DNA from: an uncultured delta proteobacterium
GTDB taxonomy: Bacteria; Myxococcota_A; Polyangia; Fen-1088
Length of the DNA stretch: 64,000 nucleotides
Direction of reading: 5' to 3'
Assembly (NCBI GenBank): GCA_963767925.1
Contig: CAVYGB010000008.1
Location: forward strand, 1,216,001 to 1,280,000
Below, piece after piece: positions 12,820 to 22,368 of this stretch. Within the stretch, counting starts at the first letter, position 1, and every line of letters starts with the position of its first letter. A program made the position numbers and the translations under genes. The notes below the pieces were generated by a model, which was given only the letters and a program-made list of their open reading frames with translations, was not told the origin of the DNA and made no database searches.

Positions 12820-13003
12820 GGGAAGGCGGCGTTTACCGCGAATGGCGGCTCGGCGCCAGCCTTCCGCGGGGTGGTGGCAGATCGCGACAAGGGTGCCTTA
12901 TCGAGAAGATCGGCAACGCGGTGCAAAGGTAACGGCGCCGGCTGCGCGCCCCGACAGGACGGCGCGCGCGACCGGTCGGCCCGCCTGGCCCGGACGACCG
13001 GGG

Positions 13004-13639
13004 TCAAGTCGCGAACCGCACCGTCGCGCCGGTCCCGGCCCGGACCCGCGCCTGGTCGACGCCCGGCGCCCGCTCCACGCAGACGAAGTGATCGCCGGCG
13101 GGGTCGAAGACCCCGAGGTCGGTGATGACCCGCCGGGCGCAGCCCAGGGCGGTCGGCGGCAGGCTCAGGTGGTCGACCAGCTTGGGCGCGCCGTCCTTGG
13201 CGACGTGGGTCTGCAGGACCACCACCCGCCGCGCGCTGGCCGCCAGGTCCATCGCGCCGCCCATCCCGGTCGTCATCTTGCCGGGCACCGTCCAGTTGGC
13301 CAGGTCGCCGTTTCGCGCCACCTCCAGCCCGCCGAGGATGGCCAGGTCGATGTGCCCACCGCGGATCATCGCGAAGGAGAGCGCAGAGTCGAACACGCTG
13401 CCGCCGGGCAAGATGGTGACGGTCTGCTTGCCCGCGTTGATCACCTGGGGATCGACCTCCTCCTCGAAGGGAAAGGGCCCCATCCCCAGGATGCCGTTTT
13501 CGGAGTGCAGCATGACCCGCCGCCGGGGCGGGATGTGGTTGGCCACCTCCGTGGGCATGCCGATGCCGAGGTTGACCGTCTGGCCGTCCTCGATCTCGGC
13601 CGCCGCCCGCCGGAGCATGTCGTCCTTGGACCAGCTCAT
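13004..13639 (-). CDS. 3-oxoacid CoA-transferase subunit B (ScoB/PcaJ/AtoA family)
   Basis: VNLGIGMPT, catalytic HSENG, FAMIRGGHID, GMGGAMDL. Confidence 0.92.
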   Translation of the reverse strand: MSWSKDDMLRRAAAEIEDGQTVNLGIGMPTEVANHIPPRRRVMLHSENGILGMGPFPFEEEVDPQVINAGKQTVTILPGGSVFDSALSFAMIRGGHIDLAILGGLEVARNGDLANWTVPGKMTTGMGGAMDLAASARRVVVLQTHVAKDGAPKLVDHLSLPPTALGCARRVITDLGVFDPAGDHFVCVERAPGVDQARVRAGTGATVRFAT

Positions 13640-14361
13640 GGTGGGCCCCCGGCGCGGGGGCGGGTGGTCAGGAACTCGATGGCGTTCTTGTGATCACGCG
13701 CCTCGAAGATGTGGTCGACGAACACCCCGGGCAGGTGGATGTCGTCGGGGTCGAGCTCACCCCGGCCCACCAGCCGATCCACCTCCGCCACGGTGACGTC
13801 GGCGGCGGTCGCCACCAGCGGGTTGAAGGCGCGGGCCGTCCGATAGAAACGCAGGTTGCCGTCGGGATCCCCGAGCGCCGCTCGCACGATGGCGAAGTCG
13901 GCACGCAGGGGCTTCTCCAGCAGGTACAGCCGGCCGTCGATCTCGCGGGTCTCCTTGCCCTCGGCCACCACGGTGCCGACCCCGCTGGGGGTGAAAAACC
14001 CGGCGATGCCCGCCCCGCCGGCGCGGATGCGCTCGGCCAGCGTCCCCTGCGGCACCAGCTCGACCTGGACGGTGCCGGCCAGGTATTGCTCGGCCAGGTC
14101 GGGGTTGCCGCCCATGAAGCTGCACACCACCCGCGCCACCTGGCGCTGCTTGAGCAGAACGGCCAGGCCTTGCCCCTGGTTGCCGCAGTTGTTGCTGATG
14201 ATCGTGAGTTCCTTGATACCCCGGCGGGCGATCTCCGCGATGCAGTGCTCGGCGTTGCCGCACAGGCCGAAGCCGCCCGACATGAGCCGCATGCCATCGC
14301 GCAGACCGGCCAGCGCCACCTGGGGCCCGGATACGATCTTGGTTGTCACCTGGTCGTCCAT
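13636..14361 (-). CDS. 3-oxoacid CoA-transferase subunit A (ScoA/PcaI/AtoD family)
   Basis: GGFGLCG, ISNNCG, PQGTLAERIRAGGAGI, IHLPGVFVD. Confidence 0.92.
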   Translation of the reverse strand: MDDQVTTKIVSGPQVALAGLRDGMRLMSGGFGLCGNAEHCIAEIARRGIKELTIISNNCGNQGQGLAVLLKQRQVARVVCSFMGGNPDLAEQYLAGTVQVELVPQGTLAERIRAGGAGIAGFFTPSGVGTVVAEGKETREIDGRLYLLEKPLRADFAIVRAALGDPDGNLRFYRTARAFNPLVATAADVTVAEVDRLVGRGELDPDDIHLPGVFVDHIFEARDHKNAIEFLTTRPRAGGPP

Positions 14362-14368
14362 TGGTGCT

Positions 14369-15654
14369 TCAGGCGAAACTCTCGTCGAGAGCGCCGCCGA
14401 GCGCAACCAGTCCCTCCTCCAGCTCCGCCTCGGTGATCACGAGCGGCGGCGCCAGGAAGACCTGGTTGTCCCGCTTGTGCAGGTGCAGCCGCCGCCGGTG
14501 CAGCTCGGCCCGCAGGCGGCCCATCGTGGTAGGGCTGGCCGGGGTGGCCGGCCCGGCGCCGCCCGGCTCGACGAGCTCGAGGGCCCACAGCAGCCCGATC
14601 CCCCGCACCTCCCGGAGGTACGGGCGGGGCGGCGGCGAAGGCTTGCAGCCGCAGGCGCAGCCAGTCGCCCAGCCGGGCCGCCCGCTGGATCAGATCCTCC
14701 TGCCGGTACACGTCGATGGCAGCGACGATGGCCGCGCAGGTCAGCGGGTGGGCGTAGGCCGTCAGGCCGCAGGACAGGGGATGGTCCTCGAAGTGGCGAG
14801 CCACCCGCGCGCTCACCAGCACAGCACCACCGGGGGCGTAGCCGCCGGTCAGCCCCTTGGCGCAGGTGATCAGATCGGGCGCCACGCCGTCGTGGTCCAC
14901 CGCGAACCAGCGACCGGTCCGGCCGAAACCCGGAGAGGACCTCGTCGTCGACGTAGAGCACGCCGAAGCGGTCGCAGGTCTCGCGGATGCGCCGGTAATA
15001 CCCGGGCGGCGGCACCAGGACGCCGTTGGCCCCCACCACCCCTTCGAGCAGCACCGCCGCCACCGTCTCGGGGCCCTCGCGCTGGAGGAGCGCCTCCAGG
15101 TCGCCGGGGTGGGGGGCCGCCGAGTAGGGGTCCTCCCAGGAGACGCCGTCGGGCAGACCGGGATCGAAGGGTTTGCGCCGGGGGTCGCCGGAGAAGGAGA
15201 GCATCCCCAAGGTGGCCCCGTGGTAGCTGCGGCTGCGGTGGATGACCTTCCGCCGCCCGGTGAGCTGGCGGGCCATCTTGATGGCGTTTTCGTTGGCCTC
15301 CGCGCCCGACAGGCAGAAGAAGACCTTGCCCGAAGCCAGGCCGGGAGGGGCGATCTCGGCGAGCCGCTCGGCCGCCGCCACCTTGTCGGCGAACACGCCC
15401 GACGGCGTGGTCAGCAGGCCCCGCTGGGCGGCCTCGGCCAGCGCCTGGCGCATCGTCGGGTGGCCGTGGCCCAGGCCGGCGTTCCAGGTCACGCTGCCAA
15501 GGTCGAGCCAGTCCGCGCCGTCGGCGGTGCGGAACCGGGCCCCGCTACCCCCGACGATCTCCAGGGGGACGGCGTCGCGCTGGGCGGTCCAGGTGTACAG
15601 CACCCGCTGCCCCTGGCGCGCCATGAGCGAAGGGGGTGGGCCACCCGTCGTCAT
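14369..15654 (-). CDS. Class III PLP aminotransferase, beta-alanine/taurine-type subgroup (frameshifts near 14930 and 14615)
   Basis: VLYTWTAQ, SGAEANENAIK, SYHGAT, DDEVLSGF, PDLITCAKG (PLP lysine), FLAPPLVI. Confidence 0.85.
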
Positions 15655-16980
15655 GCGACGGCCAGACAGACCTCGGCGAAGATCCGGGCTGCCGTCTCGG
15701 CCTGCTCCTCGGTGATGGTGAGGGGAGGGGAGAGGCGGATGGCCTTCTCGCCGCAGCCGAGTACCAGCAGCCCGCGCTGATAACAGGCCTGGGCCACCGC
15801 CTCGGCCTGCTCGGCGGTCTTCAGCTCGACGCCGATCATGAGGCCCAGGCCGCGCACCTCCTCCACCGCCTTGGCGCCAGCGAGCCGCTCGCGCAGGTGC
15901 TGGATGAGGCGGGTCCCCACCGCGGTGCAGTTGGCCAGCAGCTCGGTCTCCAGCAGGCGCAGGGTGGCCAGCGCGGCGGCGATAGCCACCGGATTGCCCC
16001 CGCAGGTCGATCCGTGCGAGCCGGCGGGCCAGGTCATGAAACGCTTGCGCGCCATCATCGCCCCGAGCGGCATGCCCGAGGCCAGGCCCTTGGCCAGCAC
16101 GATCACGTCGGGCACGACGCCGAAGTGTTCGGCCGCGAACACGGTGCCGGTGCGCCCCATGCCCGACTGGACCTCGTCGAACACGAGCAGGATGCCATGG
16201 GCGTCGCACAGGGCGCGCAGCCCGGCCAGGAAGGCCCGCGAGGGCACCAGGTAGCCGCCTTCGCCCAGGACCGGCTCGACCACGATTGCCGCCACGTCCT
16301 CCGGGCTGACCGTGCGGCTCCAGAGCTCACGCTCGAGGCTCTCCAGGTCTCCGTATTCGGCGTGGTGGACGCCGGGCAGCAGCGGCCCGAAGTGCTTGCG
16401 GTACTTGCTCTTGCTGGCGGTCAGGGAGAGCGAGCCCAGGCTGCGCCCGTGAAAGCCGCCCCGGAAGGCGACGAGGTGCGCGCGCCGGGTGTGGTGGCGC
16501 GCCAGCTTGATGGCCGCCTCGACCGCCTCGGTGCCGGAGTTGGTCAGGAAGGTCTGCCAGCCCGAGCCGTCCGCCACCCCCGCAGACTTCTCCAGGCGGC
16601 CGGCGTACTCCCCCAGCCGCTCGCACAGCTCGTCGTAGGTCGGGTAAAAGAAGTCGGTGCCGCAGATGTGGATCAGGTTCTCGGCCTGCACGGCGATGGC
16701 CGCCGCGACCTGCGGGTGACAGTGGCCGGTGGCGGCCGCAGACACCCCGGCCTGGCAGTCGAGGAACACGTTGCCGTCGACGTCCTCGACCATGCACCCC
16801 GAGGCCCGTGCCGACCATCAGCGGGTAGACGTGAATCAGCGAGGGGCTCAGGTGCTCCCGGGCCCGGGCGATCATCTGCCGGGCCCGGGGCCCGGGCAGC
16901 TCGCTGACGATGGAGATGTCGCGCTGGGCGAGGGCCGACAGCGAGCCGCCCGAGCCGGCCTTGTGCGCCCGGATGCTCAC
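15651..16980 (-). CDS. Class III PLP aminotransferase, GabT/omega-amino acid type (frameshift near 16810)
   Basis: ELPGPRAR, NSGTEAVEAAIK, FHGRSLG, EPVLGEGGY, DEVQSGMGRTG, LAKGLASG. Confidence 0.88.
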
Positions 16981-18548
16981 GCCACCACGGTCCGGCTCTG
17001 CTCCCGCAGGTAGCAGGGGAGCGTGTAGAGACCTCCGATGTTCTTGCCGGTCGAGCCGCTGGCCTTCCAGCCCCCGAAGGGTTGCACCCCTGGCCAGGCG
17101 CCGGTGGTGGCCCCGGCCGCCCGGTTGACGTAGACCACCCCGGCCTCGATGCGATCGAGGAACTCGTTCACTTCCTCCGGCTTGCGGGAGAAACACCCCG
17201 CCGTGAGGCCGAAGTCGCTGGCGTTGGCCAGGGCCAGGGCCTCGTCCAGGCTGCGCACGGTCTCGACCGCGAGGATGGGCACGAACAGCTCCTTGGTGAC
17301 GAGCTCGTGGTCCCGGGGAACGCCGGTGAGCACCGTCGGGCGGGCGAAGAACCCGTGGGCGTAGCTGCCTTCGGTCAGCAAGGCGGCGCCGGTGTGGATC
17401 TTGGCCACCGACCGCGCCAGCTCGATGAAACGCTTGTAGTCCTCGTAGCTGCCCTTGGTGGCCAGCGGGCCCACGAAGGTCTTGCGGAGCAAGGGGTCCC
17501 CGATGACCGCCTCCGAGGCCAGCTTGGTGAGGCGCTCGAGCAGCTCGTTGGCCACCTTCTCGTGCACGTAGACCCGCGAGCAGGCGGAGCACTTGTGGCC
17601 GTTCATCCCGAAGGCCGACCGGAAGACGCCGGTCGCCGCCCGCTCCAGGTCGGCGCTGTCCATCACGATGGCCGGGTTCTTGCCGCCCATCTCCACGATG
17701 CAGGGCCTGGGGTAGCGGCGGGAGAACTTCTGGTAGAGGTCGTGAAAGCCGACATCGAAAGAGCCGGTGAAGGTGAGTCCCTGAACGTCGGGATGCTCCA
17801 GCAAGGTGTGCCCGACGACGCGACCGCTGCCGGTGACGAGGTTGAGGACGCCCGGCGGCAGGCCAGCCTCCTGGAAGATCTCCGCCACCAACACCCCCGA
17901 GAGCGGCGTGTCGGACGAGGGCTTCGCCACGACGGTGTTGCCGGTCAAGAGCGCCGCGGCGATGGGCGCGCCGAGCAGGGCGTAGGGAAAGTTCCAGGGC
18001 GCGATCACCGCCCAGACCCCGTAGGGGCGCAGCACGCTGGTGTTCTTGTCGTTGGGGCCCAGGCTGCTCATGGCCCGGACGTAGCCCTCGTTGGCCCGCA
18101 TCTGATCGTTGTAGTAGTCGATGAGATCGGCGAGCTCCTCGATCTCGCCCGAGGGCCTCGAGGCGGTTCTTGCCCATCTCCAGGATGAGCCAGGCCGCCA
18201 GCTCGAAGCTGCGCTGGCGGACCAGACTGGCCGCCCGGCCCAGGATCGCGGCGCGTTCCTGCCAGGGGGTGGCCCGCCAGGCGGGAAAGCGCCGTGCGCG
18301 CCGCCGCCACGGCGTCGCGCACGTCTTCGGCGGTGGCCGACGCCACCTTCGCCACCACCACGCGGGTGTCGGCCGGGTTGGTGCTGTCCGCGGTGTCGCG
18401 GGTGACTCGTGCTGCGCCCGCCGATGTAGAGCGGTGTAGCTCGGCCGAGCTCGCCCTTGACCTTCGTGATCGCCGCATCGAACTTGCGGTGCATCCCGTC
18501 GTCGTCAGCCGAGAGCGTGGCATAGGTGATCTTCGTCTCGCCGGCCAT
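16977..18548 (-). CDS. Aldehyde dehydrogenase, P5C-dehydrogenase-like (frameshifts in the 5' part)
   Basis: IAPWNFP, FTGS, EMGGKN, catalytic GHKCSAC, KELFVP, QPFGGWKASG; AGGAGG ribosome-binding site. Confidence 0.9.
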   Translation of the reverse strand: MAGETKITYATLSADDDGMHRKFDAAITKVKGELGRATPLYIGGRSTSHPRHRGQHQPGRHPRGGGEGGVGHRRRRARRRGGGAHGAFPPGGPPPGRNAPRSWAGRPVWSASAASSWRPGSSWRWARTASRPSGEIEELADLIDYYNDQMRANEGYVRAMSSLGPNDKNTSVLRPYGVWAVIAPWNFPYALLGAPIAAALLTGNTVVAKPSSDTPLSGVLVAEIFQEAGLPPGVLNLVTGSGRVVGHTLLEHPDVQGLTFTGSFDVGFHDLYQKFSRRYPRPCIVEMGGKNPAIVMDSADLERAATGVFRSAFGMNGHKCSACSRVYVHEKVANELLERLTKLASEAVIGDPLLRKTFVGPLATKGSYEDYKRFIELARSVAKIHTGAALLTEGSYAHGFFARPTVLTGVPRDHELVTKELFVPILAVETVRSLDEALALANASDFGLTAGCFSRKPEEVNEFLDRIEAGVVYVNRAAGATTGAWPGVQPFGGWKASGSTGKNIGGLYTLPCYLREQSRTVVA

Positions 18549-18564
18549 GGTGCCTCCTTCTTGA

Positions 18565-18609
18565 TCGTACGCGGCGTACTCCAAAAGCGCAAGAAACCCG
18601 CGGGTTTCT
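18565..18609 (-). promoter_or_regulatory. Putative sigma70 promoter with an adjacent perfect 18-bp palindrome
   Basis: Minus strand TTGCGC-N17-TACGAT; AGAAACCCGCGGGTTTCT at 18592-18609 abuts the -35. Confidence 0.5.
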
Positions 18610-18879
18610 GGCTGATTGTGGACGTGTTGGTAGCTGTCTTCAGTGCATGCACGTGCTCGGGTGTAGCTGGGCCTCCAGATGCAGACATCTGACTCGCCTG
18701 GGGACTCCGCGTGGGACCTGGCTCGGGACTCCGCTTGCCGCCAGCATGGTCCCTCAGGCTGCAGAAGCGACCTGGCAGCCGCGCGCTCGACGGAGAGCAC
18801 GCGCGCGCAGCCGCGCGTGACAGGAGTGTTTCACGGTAGAAAGGGTCACTTGCTCTCTCGAACCGAGGGTTCTTGCGCG

Positions 18880-18909
18880 TTGACACTCGCGCGCGCCATT
18901 GCTTAGTCT
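18880..18909 (+). promoter_or_regulatory. Putative sigma70 promoter of the HU gene
   Basis: TTGACA-N18-TAGTCT about 30 nt before the ATG at 18941. Confidence 0.5.
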
Positions 18910-18940
18910 CGTCCGTCTCTCTGGGGGACAAGAGGGAATC

Positions 18941-19276
18941 ATGACTAAGGCCGACCTTATCGAGAGGGTGGCGAAGCGGAAGGACGTGCCGCGGGAGCTG
19001 ACGAAGAAGGCGGTGGCTCAGGTGCTGGATGCGATTTTCATGGAGGTTGGGGACTTCTTCATCCGTTCACGTGGGGGACGCAAGGCAGCTCGCTTCAGCT
19101 ATCCGCGCTTCGGCACCTTCAGCAAGCGCCGCCGCAACGCTCGCTCCGTTCGCAATCCTCAAAACGGGGAACCCATGGTTATCCCGCCGCAGGTGACCAT
19201 CGTGTTTTCGCCAGGACAGGATCTCCGACAGCTTCTCAACGACTCGCCCAAACTGGGCCGCGGCAACGCCGCCTAG
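18941..19276 (+). CDS. HU/IHF family DNA-binding protein
   Basis: MTKADLIERVA, FGTFSKRRRNARSVRNPQNGE, VFSPGQDLRQ. Confidence 0.9.
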   Translation: MTKADLIERVAKRKDVPRELTKKAVAQVLDAIFMEVGDFFIRSRGGRKAARFSYPRFGTFSKRRRNARSVRNPQNGEPMVIPPQVTIVFSPGQDLRQLLNDSPKLGRGNAA

Positions 19277-19374
19277 CGCCGACGACAAAGCCCGCCAAGC
19301 CCGCGAATAAGACCAGCGAATATCCGGGCTTGCCGCGACCCTGACAGCCTCGCTGCGCCAGGCTACACTGGATC

Positions 19375-20374
19375 ATGCTGGATCCTCGCCTGGAGCTCGG
19401 CGATCTGCACATCCACGTCGGCGGCGCGGTGGCTCCCCACATCCTGTGGTCCATCGCCCACGAACAGGGGTTCAAGCTCCCGGTGCAGACCTACTGGGAG
19501 TTCCGCGATCTGGTCACCGCCGGCCCGCACAAGGTCTCCTCACAGGACGACTACCTCGAGATCCTGCACCGCTGGACCGAGCGGATTCAGTCCTCGCCGG
19601 CGGCCATCGAGCGGTCGGTCTACGAGATCATCGGCAAGGAGTTTCGCTCGAGCCGGGTGTCGCTGCTCGAGCTGCGCTTCAACCCGATGAAGCGCAACCT
19701 CGGCGGCGAGCGGGACCTCGACCACATCATCCACGCTGCCTTGCGGGGCATGGACCGCGCCGTCCTGGAGTACGGCTCGCGGGTGGGCCTCATCTTCTGC
19801 CTGGCGCGCGAGTTTTCCATCGAGCTCAACGAGATCCTGGTCAAGAAGGCGATCAAGTACCGGGCCCGGGGGGTGGTCGGCATCGACCTGGCCGGCTCCG
19901 AGCAGCACGCCCTCGAGCTCGGCCCGCGAGGTGGAGGCCTACGCCGAGCTGTTCGGGCGGGCGCGCAGCGCCGGCCTGGGGCTCACCATCCACACCGGCG
20001 AGACGCCGCTGACGGGAGCCCGGGGCATGCTCGCGGTGCTCGAGCGCTGGCGCCCGTCGCGCATCGGGCACGGCATCGCCGCCGCCGGCAGCGAGGAGGC
20101 CATGCGCAAGCTCGTCGAGCGCAAGACGGTCCTCGAGCTCTGCCCCAGCTCGAACCTGCGCACCCGGGTGGTGTCCGGGCTCGAGGAGCTCGGCCGAATC
20201 ATGAGCACCTTCCTCGAGCGCAGCGTTCCCTTCACCATCAACACCGATGGCCCCTACCTGCTCGACACCCACCTCCGCCAGGAGTTCGAGATGCTGCTGG
20301 CGGCGGGCGTCTTGACCGAGGCCCAGGCGCTGCACTGTGTGGAGACCGCGCGCGGCGCCACGTTCGTCGGCTAG
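19375..20374 (+). CDS. add: Adenosine/adenine deaminase family protein (frameshift near 19925)
   Basis: DLHIHVGG, ELRFNP, VVGIDLAG, TIHTGE, RIGHG, ELCPSSN, INTDGP. Confidence 0.85.
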
Positions 20375-20535
20375 TCCCCTGGAACGGTGATTTCTTGCAT
20401 ATCTCGCCGGTCCTCTTCGTCCCTGGCTGCGTTGCTCGTCGGTTAAATACGCCCGGTATTCGCCCTCCTCGCGCCTTGCCAGGAACGAAGATGCCTCGCC
20501 GACATATGCAAGCCTTCACCTTTCCAGGGGACTAG
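20371..20535. mobile_element. 165-bp fold-back MITE/REPIN-like element bounded by CTAG
   Basis: Perfect 14-bp terminal inverted repeat CTAGTCCCCTGGAA/TTCCAGGGGACTAG extending imperfectly to ~38 bp; inner IR TCTTCGTCCCTGGC/GCCAGGAACGAAGA; apical AATAC/GTATT; no plausible coding role. Confidence 0.7.
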
Positions 20536-20597
20536 CAGCCACGGGCCGCTAGGGGAAATCGACGTCCCCCGCCCGCTCCGGCTATAACACCGGCGTC

Positions 20598-21470
20598 GTG
20601 CGCCCCGGAACCGCCTCCTCGACCGTCGTCGCCGCCCTCCTGGCAACCCTGGCCCTGGCCAGCAACTCCCGCCCGGCCAGCGCCGCCCCCCGCGAGCTGG
20701 TCATCGCCCACGAGATCCTGGGACAGGCGGGCGAGCACCTGGCGGCGAACCTCGACGCCTTCCTGCGGCGGGTGGAGGAGGTGGCTGGCTGGCCCAAGGG
20801 GTCCCTCCGGGGGCGCGCCTTCGCCCGTCCCCGCGAGGCGCTGGCCTACATCAAGAAGAGCCGGGCCGGGTTCGCCATCTTGCCCGCCCATCAGTTCGCC
20901 GAGGGCCAGCAGGCGCTCGGGCTGGAGGCGCTCGGGCGGGCGGTGGGGGTCGATGGCACACCCCTCGTCTACTCCGCGGTCACCCGCCGTCCTCGGCCCT
21001 TCGCCGAGCTGGCCGGGACGCCGGGTTTGCGGATCGCGCTGACCGAGGCCTACGACCCGGCCTGGGTCAAGATCCTGACCGAAGGGGCGGTCGACCGGGA
21101 GGTGGCCCCCGTGGCCCTCGTCGAGGTCCCCTCGGGGCTGGCCGGCGTGGAAGCGGTGATCGGCAACAAGGCCGATCTGGCCATCGTCTCCGAGCTGGAG
21201 TACCGATCGATCAAGCCGCGCATCGAGCCAGGCGGCGACCTGGAATGGCTGCTCAGCTCGCCCCATTTGCCGCCCTCCGCCTTCGCCGCCGTCGGCAAAT
21301 ACGTGCGCACGGCCGACCGGAAGACCATGGCTGGAGCCATCGACAAGATCTGCAAGACCAGCGGCGGTCCGGCCTGTGCGCGCCTCGGCATCCTCTACAT
21401 CGAGGCCAACCGCGCAGAGAGTTACCAGGGCCTGCTGCAGCTCTATCAGCGACTGAAGAGCGGGGGCTGA
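20598..21470 (+). CDS. Periplasmic substrate-binding protein, PhnD/SsuA-like
   Basis: Signal peptide; AVIGNKADLAIV and SPHLPPSAFAA resemble type II periplasmic binding proteins; no transporter genes adjacent. Confidence 0.55.
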   Translation: MRPGTASSTVVAALLATLALASNSRPASAAPRELVIAHEILGQAGEHLAANLDAFLRRVEEVAGWPKGSLRGRAFARPREALAYIKKSRAGFAILPAHQFAEGQQALGLEALGRAVGVDGTPLVYSAVTRRPRPFAELAGTPGLRIALTEAYDPAWVKILTEGAVDREVAPVALVEVPSGLAGVEAVIGNKADLAIVSELEYRSIKPRIEPGGDLEWLLSSPHLPPSAFAAVGKYVRTADRKTMAGAIDKICKTSGGPACARLGILYIEANRAESYQGLLQLYQRLKSGG

Positions 21471-21516
21471 CGATCCGGCCGCGCCCTGGCAAAAAGGCCG
21501 GGCGCCGCCGGGGGAG

Positions 21517-22284
21517 TTGTTTCAGAATCGCTTCATGCTGGCCCTCTACCGCGAAACCGCCGTGCTCGCCTTCCGGCGGGCGGTCAAGGCCTGGCCGGTG
21601 GCGTTCTCCCTCGTCATCTACGCCATCATCTTCGCCGCGGCGGCCCGCCTGCTGGGCGGTCTGGGCCTCATCGGCGGCGTGCTCCTGGGCCTGGTCGGCG
21701 CGGCCTGCGCCTCGGGATATCTCTATCTGCTGCTGCAGGCGGTCCGGGGGCTGCCCCTGCGGTTCGACGACCTCCGCCGGGGCTTCTCCGCCCTGTTCTG
21801 GGACGTGATCAGCGTCGGCTTCGCTCTGTGGATCATCGGCCTGCTGATCAGCCTGGTGGTGCAGGGGGCCGGCGACCGGGGTGATGCCATCGCTGCCATG
21901 GTGGGGCTGGCCATGGCGTTTTTCCTGAACCCCGTCCCGGAGATGATCTACCTGGGCAAGAGCCGGTCCTTCGATCTGCTGCTCGAGTCCTGCCGGTTCG
22001 TGATGGCCAATCCCCTGGTCTGGTTCCTGCCGAACCTGATCTTCGCCGTCTTGCTCCTCGCCCCCACCGGCGCGCTGGTGGTTGGCCACCCGGGCGAGCT
22101 CCTGCTGCTCTTCAGCGCCGTCTTCTCGGTCCAGGGTCTCGCCCAGATCTTCGGGCTGCTGCCGCTCTGGCTGATGCCCCTCCTGCTCCTGCTCCTGCAC
22201 TACGTGATGGTCTTCCGCGGTCTCCTCTTCGAGGGGCTGGCCAGCGGGAGCGCCCGCCGGCGCGCCTGGCAAGCGCGCTTCTGA
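21517..22284 (+). CDS. Hypothetical integral membrane protein
   Basis: 255-aa ORF with about 6 hydrophobic segments and GC-rich third positions. Confidence 0.75.
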   Translation: MFQNRFMLALYRETAVLAFRRAVKAWPVAFSLVIYAIIFAAAARLLGGLGLIGGVLLGLVGAACASGYLYLLLQAVRGLPLRFDDLRRGFSALFWDVISVGFALWIIGLLISLVVQGAGDRGDAIAAMVGLAMAFFLNPVPEMIYLGKSRSFDLLLESCRFVMANPLVWFLPNLIFAVLLLAPTGALVVGHPGELLLLFSAVFSVQGLAQIFGLLPLWLMPLLLLLLHYVMVFRGLLFEGLASGSARRRAWQARF

Positions 22285-22368
22285 TTCGGGGGCCAACCGC
22301 GGGCGGCGCGCTTTCCGCTTTCCGGGGCGGACGGCGCTCGGGTAGGTTCTCGCCCGGTCGCCGCCTCC

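Noticed and set aside
12816..13007. 63-aa ORF bridging the CoA-transferase and ABC-F genes as a leader peptide
   Set aside because: TTG start, no ribosome-binding site and non-coding-like composition.
18700..18735. GGGACTCCGC direct repeat in the dehydrogenase-HU spacer
   Set aside because: Only two 10-bp GC-rich copies with no further structure.
20371..20535. Long hairpin as an intrinsic terminator or 6S RNA
   Set aside because: Too long and without a U-tract for a terminator; CTAG-bounded near-perfect ends overlapping a stop codon fit an inserted element better than 6S, though no Rfam scan could be run.
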